The notes under the pieces were generated by a model that was not told the origin of the DNA, did no database searches, and saw only the letters and a list, made by a program, of their open reading frames with translations. Positions 1-10,820 of a DNA stretch of 64,000 nt are shown piece after piece. Origin of the DNA: Myxococcota bacterium (GTDB taxonomy: Bacteria; Myxococcota_A; UBA796; CAJQPC01); NCBI GenBank assembly GCA_036012755.1, contig DASCPX010000190.1, positions 64,001 to 128,000 on the forward strand, written 5' to 3'. The position numbers and the translations under genes were made by a program. Within the stretch, counting starts at the first letter, position 1. Each line of letters opens with the position of its first letter.

Positions 1-865
1 CCAGCAGGCAGTCGTCGTGTCCCAGGGCCGAGGCGTACGCGGCGGCGGCTCGGGGGCCGGCGGCAGGGCCGCTCAGCAAGGTGGTGGCTGGGCGGGAGCG
101 CACGACCTCTGGCAGGGCGACGCCCCCGTTGGACTGCATGATCAAGAGCACGCCGCCGAAGCCGGTCTCCTGGAGGCGGGCCGAGAGGTTCTCGAGGTAG
201 TCCCGCAGGACCGGGCCGATGTAGGCGTTCAGGGCGGTGGTGGAGACGCGCTCGTAGAAGCGGATCGTCGGCAGGATCTCCGAGGACACGCTGAGCCACA
301 CATCGGGCAGCTCCTCTCTCAGGAGCTCGGCCACCGCGCGCTCGTGAGCGTCGCTGGCGTAGGCGTGCATGAAGCAGATGGCGATGGCGTCCACGCCCTG
401 GTCCCGGAAGGTGGCGGCGGCCTCCCTCACCTGCTCGAGCGAGACGGCCTCGATCTCCTCGCCGCGGAAGTCCAGGCGGCCATCGACGGCCAGGCGCCGC
501 CTGCGAGGAACCAGCGGCACGACGTTGGTGGTGCGGTTGTCGTACTGGCGCTCTCGGATGCCGCGCCGCATCTCCAGGGCGTCACGCACCCCCCGGGTGG
601 TGAGCAGCCCCGTGCGAGCGCCTCCACGGGTGAGGGTGGCGTTGGTGGTCACGGTCGTGCCGTGGACGACCTGGCTGGCGCGACCGACGAACTCCTCGGT
701 GCTCAGCCCCTTCGACTCCGCCATGGTGCGGATGCCCTCGAGCACGCCACGAGAGGGATCCCGCGGGGTGGAGAGCACCTTGAAGGTCTCGGCGCCGTCC
801 TCGGGCGACCACAGGAAGAGGTCGGTGAAGGTGCCGCCGACATCGATGCCGATTCGAAAACTCAC
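1..865 (-). CDS. Hydantoinase A/5-oxoprolinase family protein, N-terminal part (runs off the window edge)
   Basis: Not in the ORF track. My translation from GTG at 865 gives MSFRIGIDVGGTFTD...HGTTVTTNA...MQSNGG...LLSGPAAG, the hallmark motifs of the family. Confidence 0.9.
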   Translation of the reverse strand, partial: MSFRIGIDVGGTFTDLFLWSPEDGAETFKVLSTPRDPSRGVLEGIRTMAESKGLSTEEFVGRASQVVHGTTVTTNATLTRGGARTGLLTTRGVRDALEMRRGIRERQYDNRTTNVVPLVPRRRRLAVDGRLDFRGEEIEAVSLEQVREAAATFRDQGVDAIAICFMHAYASDAHERAVAELLREELPDVWLSVSSEILPTIRFYERVSTTALNAYIGPVLRDYLENLSARLQETGFGGVLLIMQSNGGVALPEVVRSRPATTLLSGPAAGPRAAAAYASALGHDDCLL

Positions 866-1166
866 GCTGTTGCCCTCGGGTTCGACCGTCGCTCAGGCGA
901 CCCGCGCTCGGCCTGGAGACGCAGCCAGTGCCCGAGGGGGAGCCAGGACGCGCAGGCCCCGTATCAGGCTGGGGGCCTCTCTTCGACCAGGATCCTGAGG
1001 TTGAACTCGAGCACGAGACGCCTCATCGGCATGGCGGGCGCGGGCGCGGGCACGCCGTGCACCGGTCAGGGACTGTCCGACCCCACGGGCGTCGGTGGAT
1101 CAACACGGCCTTCGATCTTGCAGGAGCGCGGTCGTACAAGTCCGCGCGGCAAGGAAACGCCGACGC

Positions 1167-2086
1167 TCAAGGGTGATCGAGCTGGCCCATACCGTTGTCA
1201 CCCCAGCACTCGATCTGACCCTCCGAGTCGAGCGCGCAGCCGAACCATACCCCTGGATGGACGTCGAGCCATGAGCCAGTGGTGGGGGTGTCCGTAACCT
1301 GCCCGTAGTCGCTGTCGTCAGCGCGGTCGTAGCCCCAACAGCGGAGCTCGGCGTCTGTCGTCACGCCACAGGAGTGCGCGGTGGCCAAGGCCACCTGCTG
1401 GAACCGGGCGTCGGGGGGTTCTGACTGGCCGTAGTCGTTCCTCCCCCAGCACTCGAGGCTGCCGTCCGCCGACATCCCGCAGGCGTGGCGCCAGCCGGCG
1501 GCGACATTCACGAAGGGTCCCGCCGGCATGTCCGTCACCTGGCCATAGTCGCTGGACGAGCCATTCTGTTGCCCCCAGCAGGTCGGAGCGCCGCTCGCGT
1601 CGAGCACGCAGCAGACCGTCTCACCGCAGCTCACCAGCTCGTAGGTTCCGGTCGGATGGCCGGCGACGAGGTTTTGGTTGTTGTCGCCCCAGCAGACCAA
1701 CCCGCCGGCAGGCGTGAGCCCACAGGCGTGGTGGCGTCCGGCGCTGATGGACGTGAGCTCGATGTCGGGCGTGTCGCTCACGCTGCCCTGATAGTCCAGG
1801 CCCCAGCAGGCGGGCGTGCCGTCGGACTGGAGGCCGCAGGCGTGGCCGCCACCCACGGCGATGGCCATGAACCTCACCTCCGGAGGGGTGTAGTCCTCGT
1901 CGTAGGCGTAGCCCCAGCAGTGGGCCTGGCCCTCGGTGTCGAGCGCGCAGGCGAAGGCGTCGTTCGCCCCGACGTCGACGAAGCGCAGCACGTCGGTGTC
2001 GGTGTCGGTGTCGGTGTCGTGTCGCCCTTCGAGCACCCCAGGCCCGCGACGAGCAAGCAACCCATTGTGAGTGATGTGAGCGCCAT
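1167..2086 (-). pseudogene. RCC1/BLIP-II-like beta-propeller lipoprotein, frameshifted near 2019 (real or assembly error)
   Basis: ATG at 2086 overlaps the upstream TGA and gives the lipobox LVAGLGC. One base is missing in a (GACACC)n Asp-Thr repeat. The downstream frame has repeated HACG...CWG blades. Confidence 0.8.
1993..2024. repeat. Hexamer tandem repeat (TCGGTG)x4 plus one defective unit, encoding a DTDT linker
   Basis: Read directly: tcggtg at 1993, 1999, 2005 and 2011, then tcgtg at 2017. Confidence 0.9.
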
Positions 2087-3444
2087 CAGACGGTCGTCCA
2101 GGTGCCGCTCGAGTTGAGCGCGACCCAGCTGCTCCCGCTCGTCCCGACGACGCCGAGGACCTGCCCCTTCGTGCTCTCGGTGCACTCTGCGTACCCGGCA
2201 CCGCCGGAGACATCGTCCCCGACCTGGATCGTGTCGCCGGAGGCGCACTGGACCTTCAGGTTCTCGGCCACCACGCGCAGGAAGGTGTACGTGGTCCCGA
2301 TGGACGCCGCTGGCAGGTTGATCGTCAAGGCGCCGGTAGCGATCCCGTTGGTGAGCACCTTGCCCAGGTCGCCCGTGCCGATGGAGTAGGGCGAGCTGCC
2401 GCCGACGTCCTCGACCCGCGCGAGGGTGTTTCCCACCGGGTTCCCGTCGCCAGACCCGGGAAGGCTGCTGCCAAAGCGCAGCCGTCCGTCGTCGTCGACG
2501 AAGAAGTAGTGATCGGTGCCCGACTCGTCCTGGAGCTGGAGGCAGCCGCGCAGCGCCGCGGTGGGGCTCACCGCCTGGACCACGCCGCGCCGATTGACAC
2601 CCACGTCGCCTACCGTCAGCGTGGCGCTGTCGGGAGTGAAGTTCAGCAGGAGCAGCTCGTTGCCCCCGGTGAACCAGGTGTGCGTGCCTGCCTCGTCCGC
2701 CCGGTAGGTGAGCCCGCCCCCGGAGTCACGGATGCCGAAGGCGTGTCCTGACTGTTCGAGATCGACCCAGACCCGACGGTCTCCCCCGAGCGCCGTGCGC
2801 AGGATGAGATCGGTGCCTGTGGGATACATGCGCATCCAACCGGCGGTGGGGTCGCAGTCGAGGGTGAGCCGGTCACCCGCTCCGAGGGCCAGGACGAGGA
2901 TGTCGTCCGCCGTCGGCTTGTGGTTGCGGATTCGGACTCGGCCGTTCGCCGCGTTCAGGCCCAGGGTCGGGCTGGCCCAGAGCTCCAGTGTCTCTCTCGA
3001 CTCCGTGAAGCCCTTCGGCGCGCGGATGACGCCCTGGAGAACGCCGGCGCTGATGAAGCGCAGCAGCTCCCGATCTACCGCGCCGACTGGCGACGGGACC
3101 TCGATCTTCATGACCTCGCAGTCGACGCGGTAGGCGTCGCTGGAGCTCGTGGTGACCTTCACCTGGCCGGGGTCGTACTCCCAGGTGACGTCCGCGCCGC
3201 CGTTGAAGTCGAACTCCACGGCAGTGCCGGAGCTGAGCCTGGACCTCAGCGTGAGCTTGTCGGCCAACAGCTTCATGTCGTCGCTGGCAGCCGGCGCGCT
3301 GAGCATCACCTCGCCAGTCTCCGTGATCCGGAAGCGGTTGATCGGCGAGCCGCCGTTGTCGTCCTGCACAGTGAACTGGCCGCTGGTAGTGCTGCCTGAG
3401 TTCAGCTTGATGTGGAAGCTCGGGGCCCCATCAATGGTCGACAT
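2086..3444 (-). CDS. Beta-rich protein resembling a phage tail fibre/tailspike (452 aa, no signal peptide)
   Basis: GGGAG RBS. Segments RFRITETGEV, HYFFVDDDGRLRFGSSLPGSGDGNPVG and LTINLPAASIGTTYTF...GDTIQ recall trimeric tail-fibre modules. Confidence 0.55.
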   Translation of the reverse strand: MSTIDGAPSFHIKLNSGSTTSGQFTVQDDNGGSPINRFRITETGEVMLSAPAASDDMKLLADKLTLRSRLSSGTAVEFDFNGGADVTWEYDPGQVKVTTSSSDAYRVDCEVMKIEVPSPVGAVDRELLRFISAGVLQGVIRAPKGFTESRETLELWASPTLGLNAANGRVRIRNHKPTADDILVLALGAGDRLTLDCDPTAGWMRMYPTGTDLILRTALGGDRRVWVDLEQSGHAFGIRDSGGGLTYRADEAGTHTWFTGGNELLLLNFTPDSATLTVGDVGVNRRGVVQAVSPTAALRGCLQLQDESGTDHYFFVDDDGRLRFGSSLPGSGDGNPVGNTLARVEDVGGSSPYSIGTGDLGKVLTNGIATGALTINLPAASIGTTYTFLRVVAENLKVQCASGDTIQVGDDVSGGAGYAECTESTKGQVLGVVGTSGSSWVALNSSGTWTTV

Positions 3445-3673
3445 GATGGTCTCCCGACTCGGGCAGGATGAGGCCTCGGGCGAGATCGAGCTCGAAGGTC
3501 CCGGTGACGCCGAGCCGACGACAGGTCGCGGTCAGGTCGGTCTGGAAGGCTTGCTGCGCGATCTGGGCGCGGGCTGCCGCCAGCTCCCACTCGGCGCGAA
3601 GTCGGCCGAGGCGCTCGATGTCGATGGGTTCGAGGACCACGGGCTCCGCCGCTGACTGTTCTTCTCCGGGCAT
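3431..3673 (-). CDS. Small helical/coiled-coil hypothetical protein (80 aa)
   Basis: MPGEEQSAAEPVVLEPIDIERLGRLRAEWELAAARAQIAQQAFQ...; its 3' end overlaps the start of the fibre-like gene. Confidence 0.65.
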   Translation of the reverse strand: MPGEEQSAAEPVVLEPIDIERLGRLRAEWELAAARAQIAQQAFQTDLTATCRRLGVTGTFELDLARGLILPESGDHHVDH

Positions 3674-3800
3674 GCTGCCCCCCACCCGAGCCTCCTGTGG
3701 CCACCCCCAATGGCAACCCCCCTTGCTTGGTGAATGCAAGCTACCGCGATCTTCTCGACCACTCGTCGCCGTCACCAATCCTGCGGTCACCGTGGAGACC

Positions 3801-4370
3801 TCACCGCTGGGTCGTCTTCCGTCCCGCCTCGAAGACCCGCCGGTTCGACTCCCGGTGCGCGCCGAAGGCCTCGAGAGCGCCCACGATGGCCTCGGCCCCG
3901 AATGGGAGCCAGCCCCGATCCGCCAGGACGCCCAACAACGCCACGTTCAGGCCGCGAGAGCCGCCGGCCAAGGCCGGGCCGTCGACCACGACGAGCTCCG
4001 CGATCTGTGGGCGGAGCTCTTCGAAGAAGCCCTCGATGTCCGGATAGTCCCTGCCGCTCTGGGCCAGGGAGCTGGGCGCGATGCGGCCCGAGCTCACCAC
4101 CACCCGGCTCCCGGCGTGCAGGCTGTCGCGGCAGCGCATCAGCTCCAGGGGCTCCAGGGCGATGACGACGTCCGCCCCGCGACCGGGCAGGAAAGCCCCC
4201 TGCCCCGGCCCGAGGAGCACGGTTCCCCGCACGCTCCCGCCTCGCTGGGACATGCCGTGGAGCTGGCCCAGGCGCACCGGCAGGCCCGCGGCGTGGGCGG
4301 CCTCGCCGAGGATGCGCGCAGCGGTCAGGGTGCCCTGGCCCCCGACACCCACCAGGAGCACGCCGATCAC
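3801..4370 (-). CDS. iorB: Indolepyruvate:ferredoxin oxidoreductase beta subunit
   Basis: GTG start overlaps the upstream stop. Motifs LVGVGGQGTL, HGMSQRGGSV, ALEPLE and NVALLG. Confidence 0.9.
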   Translation of the reverse strand: MIGVLLVGVGGQGTLTAARILGEAAHAAGLPVRLGQLHGMSQRGGSVRGTVLLGPGQGAFLPGRGADVVIALEPLELMRCRDSLHAGSRVVVSSGRIAPSSLAQSGRDYPDIEGFFEELRPQIAELVVVDGPALAGGSRGLNVALLGVLADRGWLPFGAEAIVGALEAFGAHRESNRRVFEAGRKTTQR

Positions 4371-7300
4371 GAGGCGCCGTCCTCGACGCGGAAGATGGCG
4401 CCGTTGGGGCAGAAGTCCGCGCAGACACCGCAGCCCACGCAGATGGCCGGGTCGATGGCGATGACCCCTGCCTCGACGACGAAGGCGGGGCAGCCGAAGG
4501 TGTCGACGCAGGCCCGGCAGATCCCACAGCTCCCGCAGAGCATGCAGCGCTGGGCCTCGGCCCTGGCGCTGGCTTCGTCCACCACCTTCCCCCGGGGCAG
4601 GGCCTCTGCCCCCGAGAGCTGCAGTTCGCTGAGCCGGGTCCATGCTCCTGACAGCGGCGGCGGCGCTCGACGGTCGGCAGCCTCCTTGCCGCGCAGCTGG
4701 ACGTCGATGCCCCAGGCGGCCCGCTGGCCCTCGGCCATGGCCTGGGTGACCGTGCGCGGACCGGGCACCATGTCGCCAGCAGCGAAGAGATGCGGGTGGC
4801 TGGTCCGGCCCGTGTTCGGGTCCACCGACACGCAGCCGTCGTCCATCACCAGGTCCTGGCCGAAGTCCTGGAGCTGTTGTCCGACAGCGGTGACGACCAG
4901 GCTGCAAGGCAGGACCTGGCCACCCTCCAGCACCAGCCCCTCGGGACAGAGCCCCACCGAGCGCCGGCCCGGCATCATCACCACGCCCTCCTCACGGGCA
5001 GCCTCCACCTCGTGGAAGCGCGCGGTGAGCTCGGGCTGGAGCTCTACGACCGTGACCTTGTCGGCCCCTCGGCGCAGAGCCGTGCGAGCGACGTCCATGC
5101 CGGCGTTGCCCCCGCCGATGACGACCACCTCGCCCTCGATCTCGCCGCCCCCTCGCAAGAACGCGAGGCTCTCAGCCCGCTCCGGACCCGAGCCGGGCAG
5201 CTCCAGCTCCACCGGCCGGTAGGCACCCAGGGCGATGAAGACCGCGTCGTGCTCGCCGAGCAGGTCGGACAGGGACAGGTCCACCCCAAGCTCGCGCCCA
5301 CCCTCGAAGCGCACGCCGAGGGCCAGCACGCGCTGGATGTCTCGCTCGAGGGCCTCCAGCGGCAGGCGGAAGCGAGGAATGCCCGTCCGCAGCAGGCCGC
5401 CGGGCTCTGCTTCCCGGTCGAACAAGGTGACCTCGTAGCCGCGGAGACGCAGCTCGTGAGCCGCCGACAGACCCGCCGGCCCGGCTCCGACCACCGCCAC
5501 CGCCGCGCCGTGGGGGTCCTCGACCGAGGGCTGGTAGTCGGGCTGCCCCTGAGCCCAGTCCATCAGGAAGTGCTTGAGATCGTTCACCGCGACGGGATCG
5601 TCACCCCGCAGACAAGCGGCCTCGCAGGGTCGATCACAGATGCGACAGACCGAGTCCGGCAGCGCCGTGCGGCTCATGACCAACTCCAGCGCCAGGTCGT
5701 AGTCCCCAGAGGCGATGTAGCTGGCGTAGCCCTGGATGCAGAGCCCCAGCGGACACAGCTCCGCGCATGGAGACACCCCCAGGGCGTCGATGTTGCGCTC
5801 CAGCTCCAGGCTGCGGTTTCGCACCATGTTGCGCTGGGTGGACTGCCTGGGCCCGTGGCCACACTCCATGCCACAGCCCGAGCGCCCGCAGCTGCTGCAG
5901 CGAGCCGGATCGATGGCGAAGGTGCCGCCGTGCACGGGCTGGCCCGTCGCGCGCTCCATGTGGACCGGGCAGGGGCTCTCAGCCACCAGCACGCTCGTCC
6001 CGCTGGCGTCCTTGGCCCGCTGGAAGGCAGCCATGGCCTGCTGGAGGTCCATGGGGTCGAAGGTCTCGACGTGCCGGGCCCCGAGGGCACGGGCCACCCC
6101 GGCGATGTCCACCTTGCGATCTTCCGGGACCAGCGGATCGATGCCCGGGCTCTCTTGGAAGCCCGTCATGGCCGTGACCTGGTTGTCGAGGATGACCGCG
6201 ACGACGTCCGCGTCCTCCTTGATGGCGTCGAGCAAGGGCGGCATGCCGGCGTGGAAGAAGGTGCCGTCCCCCATGAAGCCGATGGTGCGCTTGTTCTCCA
6301 CGCGAGCCACACCCGCCGCCAGGCTGAAGCCCGCGCCCATGCAGATCAGCGCGTCCCCGGCGCCGAGGGGAGGCGCGGCGCCCAGCGTGTAGCAGCCGAT
6401 GTCGTTGAAGGCGAGGTGGTCGTCACCGAAGACGGACCGAGCCGCCAAGAAGGTCGAGCGATGAGGACAGGCCGCGCAGAGCACGGGCGGACGGAGCGGG
6501 ACGGGCTCCGGGGTGACCGGGTCTTTGGGGGGCTCTCCTCGACCCAGAGCCGCGTGCAGCCCACCCTGGATGACGGCGGGGACGTACTCGAACTCCTCGG
6601 GCAGGTGTCCGCTGCGCTTTCCGAGGATCTCCACCTCGACGCCGTGCAGGGAGACCAGCGCCAACAGCGCGTCCTCGACGAAGGGAGAGAGCTCCTCGAC
6701 CACCAGGACCCGGTCCACATCCCGAGCCAGCTGCAGCAGAGCCTGCTCCGGCAGGGGGAACACGCAGGGCAGGCGGGCATGGACGACATCCCCGATGTCC
6801 TGCTCCGCCAGCAGATCCGCCGTCGTGGCAGAGGGCACCCCCGCCGACAGGACCGCATCGCGCCCCTCACCCTCGCGGCAGAAGAGCTGCTCGGAGATGG
6901 CCCGTGCCACCTCCAGGCGCTCTCTGACCTCCACGCGCAGCCGCCTGGCGTGAGCGGGGATCGGGATGAAGCGGGAGGGGTCGCGACGGAAACCTCGGAC
7001 CTTCGGGCGGCGCAGCGAGCCCAGCTCGACCGGGGCCCGGCAGTGGGCCACCCGGGTCGTGATGCGCAGCAGCACCGGGAGCTTGCTGCGCTCGGAGAGC
7101 TCGAAGGCCAGCCGGCTGAGCTCCAGGGCCTCCGCCGGGGTGGAGGGATCCAGCACCGGCACGTGCAGCATCCGGCCCAGGTGGCGCTGGTCCTGCTCGT
7201 TGGGGCTCGTGAGACAGGAGGGATCCCCGGCGGAGACCACCACCATGCCCGCCTCTACCCCCATGTAGGGGATGGTGGACATCGGGTCCCCGGCGACCAT

Positions 7301-7576
7301 CAGCCCCAGGTGCTTCATGGCGCAGATGGAGCGAGCACCCGCCAGCGAAGCGGCGTAGCAGAGCTCCACCGCGATCTTCTCGTTCACCGCGTACTCGAAG
7401 GGAATGCCGTAGTCCCCGGCGAGCCGGGCGAAGGCGTCGGTCACCTCTGAGGACGGGGTCCCCGGATAGCCGGTCGCGAAGCCGACGCCGGACTCCAGCG
7501 CCCCCCGCACGATGGCCTCGTTTCCCAACAACAGCGGGGTGGAGCCAGGCGAGTCTCGGAGCAGCGGGTGAGGCAC
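4367..7576 (-). CDS. iorA: Indolepyruvate:ferredoxin oxidoreductase alpha subunit fused with a GltD/SudA-like FAD/NAD(P)/Fe-S module
   Basis: LLGNEAIVRGA, GYPGTPSSE, NEKIA, MKHLGL, LCAACPHR, DIGCYTLG and TPP motif GDGTFFH...LDN. Then CAELCP...VCRICDRPCEAAC, GAGPAGL, GGGNAGMD, FAAGD and terminal CxxCxxCxxxCP. Confidence 0.9.
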   Translation of the reverse strand: MPHPLLRDSPGSTPLLLGNEAIVRGALESGVGFATGYPGTPSSEVTDAFARLAGDYGIPFEYAVNEKIAVELCYAASLAGARSICAMKHLGLMVAGDPMSTIPYMGVEAGMVVVSAGDPSCLTSPNEQDQRHLGRMLHVPVLDPSTPAEALELSRLAFELSERSKLPVLLRITTRVAHCRAPVELGSLRRPKVRGFRRDPSRFIPIPAHARRLRVEVRERLEVARAISEQLFCREGEGRDAVLSAGVPSATTADLLAEQDIGDVVHARLPCVFPLPEQALLQLARDVDRVLVVEELSPFVEDALLALVSLHGVEVEILGKRSGHLPEEFEYVPAVIQGGLHAALGRGEPPKDPVTPEPVPLRPPVLCAACPHRSTFLAARSVFGDDHLAFNDIGCYTLGAAPPLGAGDALICMGAGFSLAAGVARVENKRTIGFMGDGTFFHAGMPPLLDAIKEDADVVAVILDNQVTAMTGFQESPGIDPLVPEDRKVDIAGVARALGARHVETFDPMDLQQAMAAFQRAKDASGTSVLVAESPCPVHMERATGQPVHGGTFAIDPARCSSCGRSGCGMECGHGPRQSTQRNMVRNRSLELERNIDALGVSPCAELCPLGLCIQGYASYIASGDYDLALELVMSRTALPDSVCRICDRPCEAACLRGDDPVAVNDLKHFLMDWAQGQPDYQPSVEDPHGAAVAVVGAGPAGLSAAHELRLRGYEVTLFDREAEPGGLLRTGIPRFRLPLEALERDIQRVLALGVRFEGGRELGVDLSLSDLLGEHDAVFIALGAYRPVELELPGSGPERAESLAFLRGGGEIEGEVVVIGGGNAGMDVARTALRRGADKVTVVELQPELTARFHEVEAAREEGVVMMPGRRSVGLCPEGLVLEGGQVLPCSLVVTAVGQQLQDFGQDLVMDDGCVSVDPNTGRTSHPHLFAAGDMVPGPRTVTQAMAEGQRAAWGIDVQLRGKEAADRRAPPPLSGAWTRLSELQLSGAEALPRGKVVDEASARAEAQRCMLCGSCGICRACVDTFGCPAFVVEAGVIAIDPAICVGCGVCADFCPNGAIFRVEDGAS

Positions 7577-7585
7577 TCCCTGGTG

Positions 7586-8770
<1,185 letters not shown>

Positions 8771-8795
8771 TTGGGACTCCGTGTCGAAGGTGTGC

Positions 8796-10820
8796 TCAGC
8801 CGGTCTTGGAGAAGTCGGGGCGCTTGCGGCCCAGGAAGCAGGTCACGCCCTCTGTCGCGGCGGCGGTGCAGGCGCTGTCACCGAAGGCGGCGTAGCCCAG
8901 CTCCAGGGCCTCATCGAGGGTGGGCGCGGCGGCGGCGGCGCTGATCGCCCTGCCGATGATGCCGATGACCTCTACGCTCAACAGCTGCTTGCCGGCCATG
9001 GGCTCGACGGCGGGCAGCTCGCCGAGCTCGACCGGGCCTTCCTGGATGCGCGGCAGGTCAGAGGCCAGCTCACCGACCCGGGCCGCGGCCAGCTGGACCA
9101 GCCCGAGGTAGTCGTCAGCGATGCCGTCGAGGATGCCCAGCTCCAGGGCGTTGTTGGCCTTCAGCCTCGTCGCGGTGCGCAGCATCTCGTTGAAGACGGA
9201 GGCTGCCTGCGGCCAGCGACGGTAGGGCACCACCATGCCGCCGATGCCGGGGGCGATGCCGAGGGTGATCTCGGGGAACTGGAGGAAGGCCCTCTTGGAG
9301 GCGACGATGCCGTGGCAGCGCAGCGCGAGCTCGAGTCCTCCTCCCAGGGCCATGCCGTTGAGCGCGGCGACGACGGGCTTGTCCATGCCGTCGAGGTGGC
9401 GCAGCAGGTGGCTGCAGTCCCGGGCGTACTGGACGGAGAGCTCCTTGTCGCCGAGGCACTTCGGGAAGCGCCCGATGTCCGCACCAGCGCAGAAGGCCTT
9501 TTCGCCGTAGCCGACGATGACGAAGCCCTTCACCGCGGGGTCGTTCTCGTGGGTCTTGATGGCGGCCAGGAGCTCGTTGGTGACTGTGTCGTCCAGGGCG
9601 TTCATGGCCTGGGGCCGACGCATGGTCAGCACCTTCACGTCGCCGAGATCATCCACCAGCACGTGCTGGGAGAACTCGGTGTACTCGGCCAGCGCTTTTT
9701 CGGGCCCCGGACCACCGGGGCGCTGCTCGGCGAAGCCGGCGTTGATCGCGGCCACGTCTTCGTCGCCCAGGCGAGCCATCAGGCCGAGGGGGCCCTGCTT
9801 GAAGCCCAACGCCAGGGTGCAGCCCAGCTCGAGGTCGGCCTGGGAGCCGATGCCCCGGTCGAGGATGTCGTAGCTCTGGGAGAACAGCGAGCCCAGGATG
9901 CGGGTGCGCACCATCGAGGTCGTCTCGTCGCTGACCTCGATCCGCTGCCCCGGCTTCAGGGTCACCCAGGTGTCGACGGAGCGGAAGAGGGAGGCCGGAC
10001 GGTAGTGCTCGCCCTCCTGCATCTGCAGGGTGTTGGTGTGCCAGATGATCGGGTTGCCCCGGGCCAGGTTCAGGACGAAGAAGGGCCCGGCGTGCACGTA
10101 GTCGTGGGCGACGCTGTCGACCTCCAGCGTGGTGGCGCCCTCGTCGAGGCAGAGCACCGCCTCGTTGCACCAGTTGTCGAAGACCCGGTCGAGCATGAAG
10201 CAGAGGGCGTCGTCCGTGATCAGCGGCACCTTTCCGGTGGTGGCGAAGAGCCAGCGCAGCCAGGAGACGACCTCCTCGTCGCCCTTGTCCCAGGCGATGA
10301 CCTCGACCGCCGGGTTGCGCCAGGCCGGAGCGAAGAAGTGGGTGACCGTCGTGCGGCCGGGGTGCTGCAGCTCGCAGAAGAGCTCGGAGGCCGGCAGCGA
10401 GCTGGTGTTGGAGGTGATGACGCAGTCCTGATCCACCACAGCCTCGATCATCGAGAAGATCTTGCGCTTGAGCGGGAGATCCTCCGTCGCGGCCTCGATG
10501 ACCCAGTCGCAACCTGCCATGTCGGCGTAGTCGGTGGTCGTCGTGATGTTCTGCTGGACCTCCTCTGCCTGCTCGGGGCTCATCTTGCGGCGGGCCACCC
10601 CCTTCGCGGCGTACTTGCCATAGCGGCCGACGGCGGCCTGCAGGGCCTGCTCGTTGATGTCCACGAGCACGAGCTCGAGGCCCGGGATGGCGCTCTTGAG
10701 GTAGTACCCGATGTCAGGGCCGATGGTCCCTGCACCCACGATGGCGACCCGCTTGGGCAGGGGCCGGGAGGGCTCGATGAGGAGGGGATTCAGAGGAAGG
10801 GCAGCTGTTCCAATGGCCAT
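8796..10820 (-). CDS. 3-hydroxyacyl-CoA dehydrogenase / enoyl-CoA hydratase fusion (dehydrogenase domain N-terminal)
   Basis: GAGTIG, VIEAATED, SNTSSL and HFFAPA, then FCAGADI, ALGGGLELAL and PEITLGIAPGIGG. Start placed at MAIGT rather than at the ORF-track start. Confidence 0.9.
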   Translation of the reverse strand: MAIGTAALPLNPLLIEPSRPLPKRVAIVGAGTIGPDIGYYLKSAIPGLELVLVDINEQALQAAVGRYGKYAAKGVARRKMSPEQAEEVQQNITTTTDYADMAGCDWVIEAATEDLPLKRKIFSMIEAVVDQDCVITSNTSSLPASELFCELQHPGRTTVTHFFAPAWRNPAVEVIAWDKGDEEVVSWLRWLFATTGKVPLITDDALCFMLDRVFDNWCNEAVLCLDEGATTLEVDSVAHDYVHAGPFFVLNLARGNPIIWHTNTLQMQEGEHYRPASLFRSVDTWVTLKPGQRIEVSDETTSMVRTRILGSLFSQSYDILDRGIGSQADLELGCTLALGFKQGPLGLMARLGDEDVAAINAGFAEQRPGGPGPEKALAEYTEFSQHVLVDDLGDVKVLTMRRPQAMNALDDTVTNELLAAIKTHENDPAVKGFVIVGYGEKAFCAGADIGRFPKCLGDKELSVQYARDCSHLLRHLDGMDKPVVAALNGMALGGGLELALRCHGIVASKRAFLQFPEITLGIAPGIGGMVVPYRRWPQAASVFNEMLRTATRLKANNALELGILDGIADDYLGLVQLAAARVGELASDLPRIQEGPVELGELPAVEPMAGKQLLSVEVIGIIGRAISAAAAAPTLDEALELGYAAFGDSACTAAATEGVTCFLGRKRPDFSKTG

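Noticed and set aside
866..1166. 300-bp gap with short ORFs and small hairpins upstream of the hydantoinase gene
   Set aside because: No convincing RBS, motif or recognisable RNA family.
17..1297. 426-aa plus-strand ORF, and the many other long antisense ORFs in the track (e.g. 4790-7450, 8781-10838, 20780-22915, 28122-29726)
   Set aside because: Shadow ORFs typical of high-GC DNA; they lie opposite genes with clear family motifs.
3711..3727. TGGCA...TTGCT sigma54-like motif
   Set aside because: The GG-to-GC spacing is 11 rather than 10, and it points toward no plus-strand gene.
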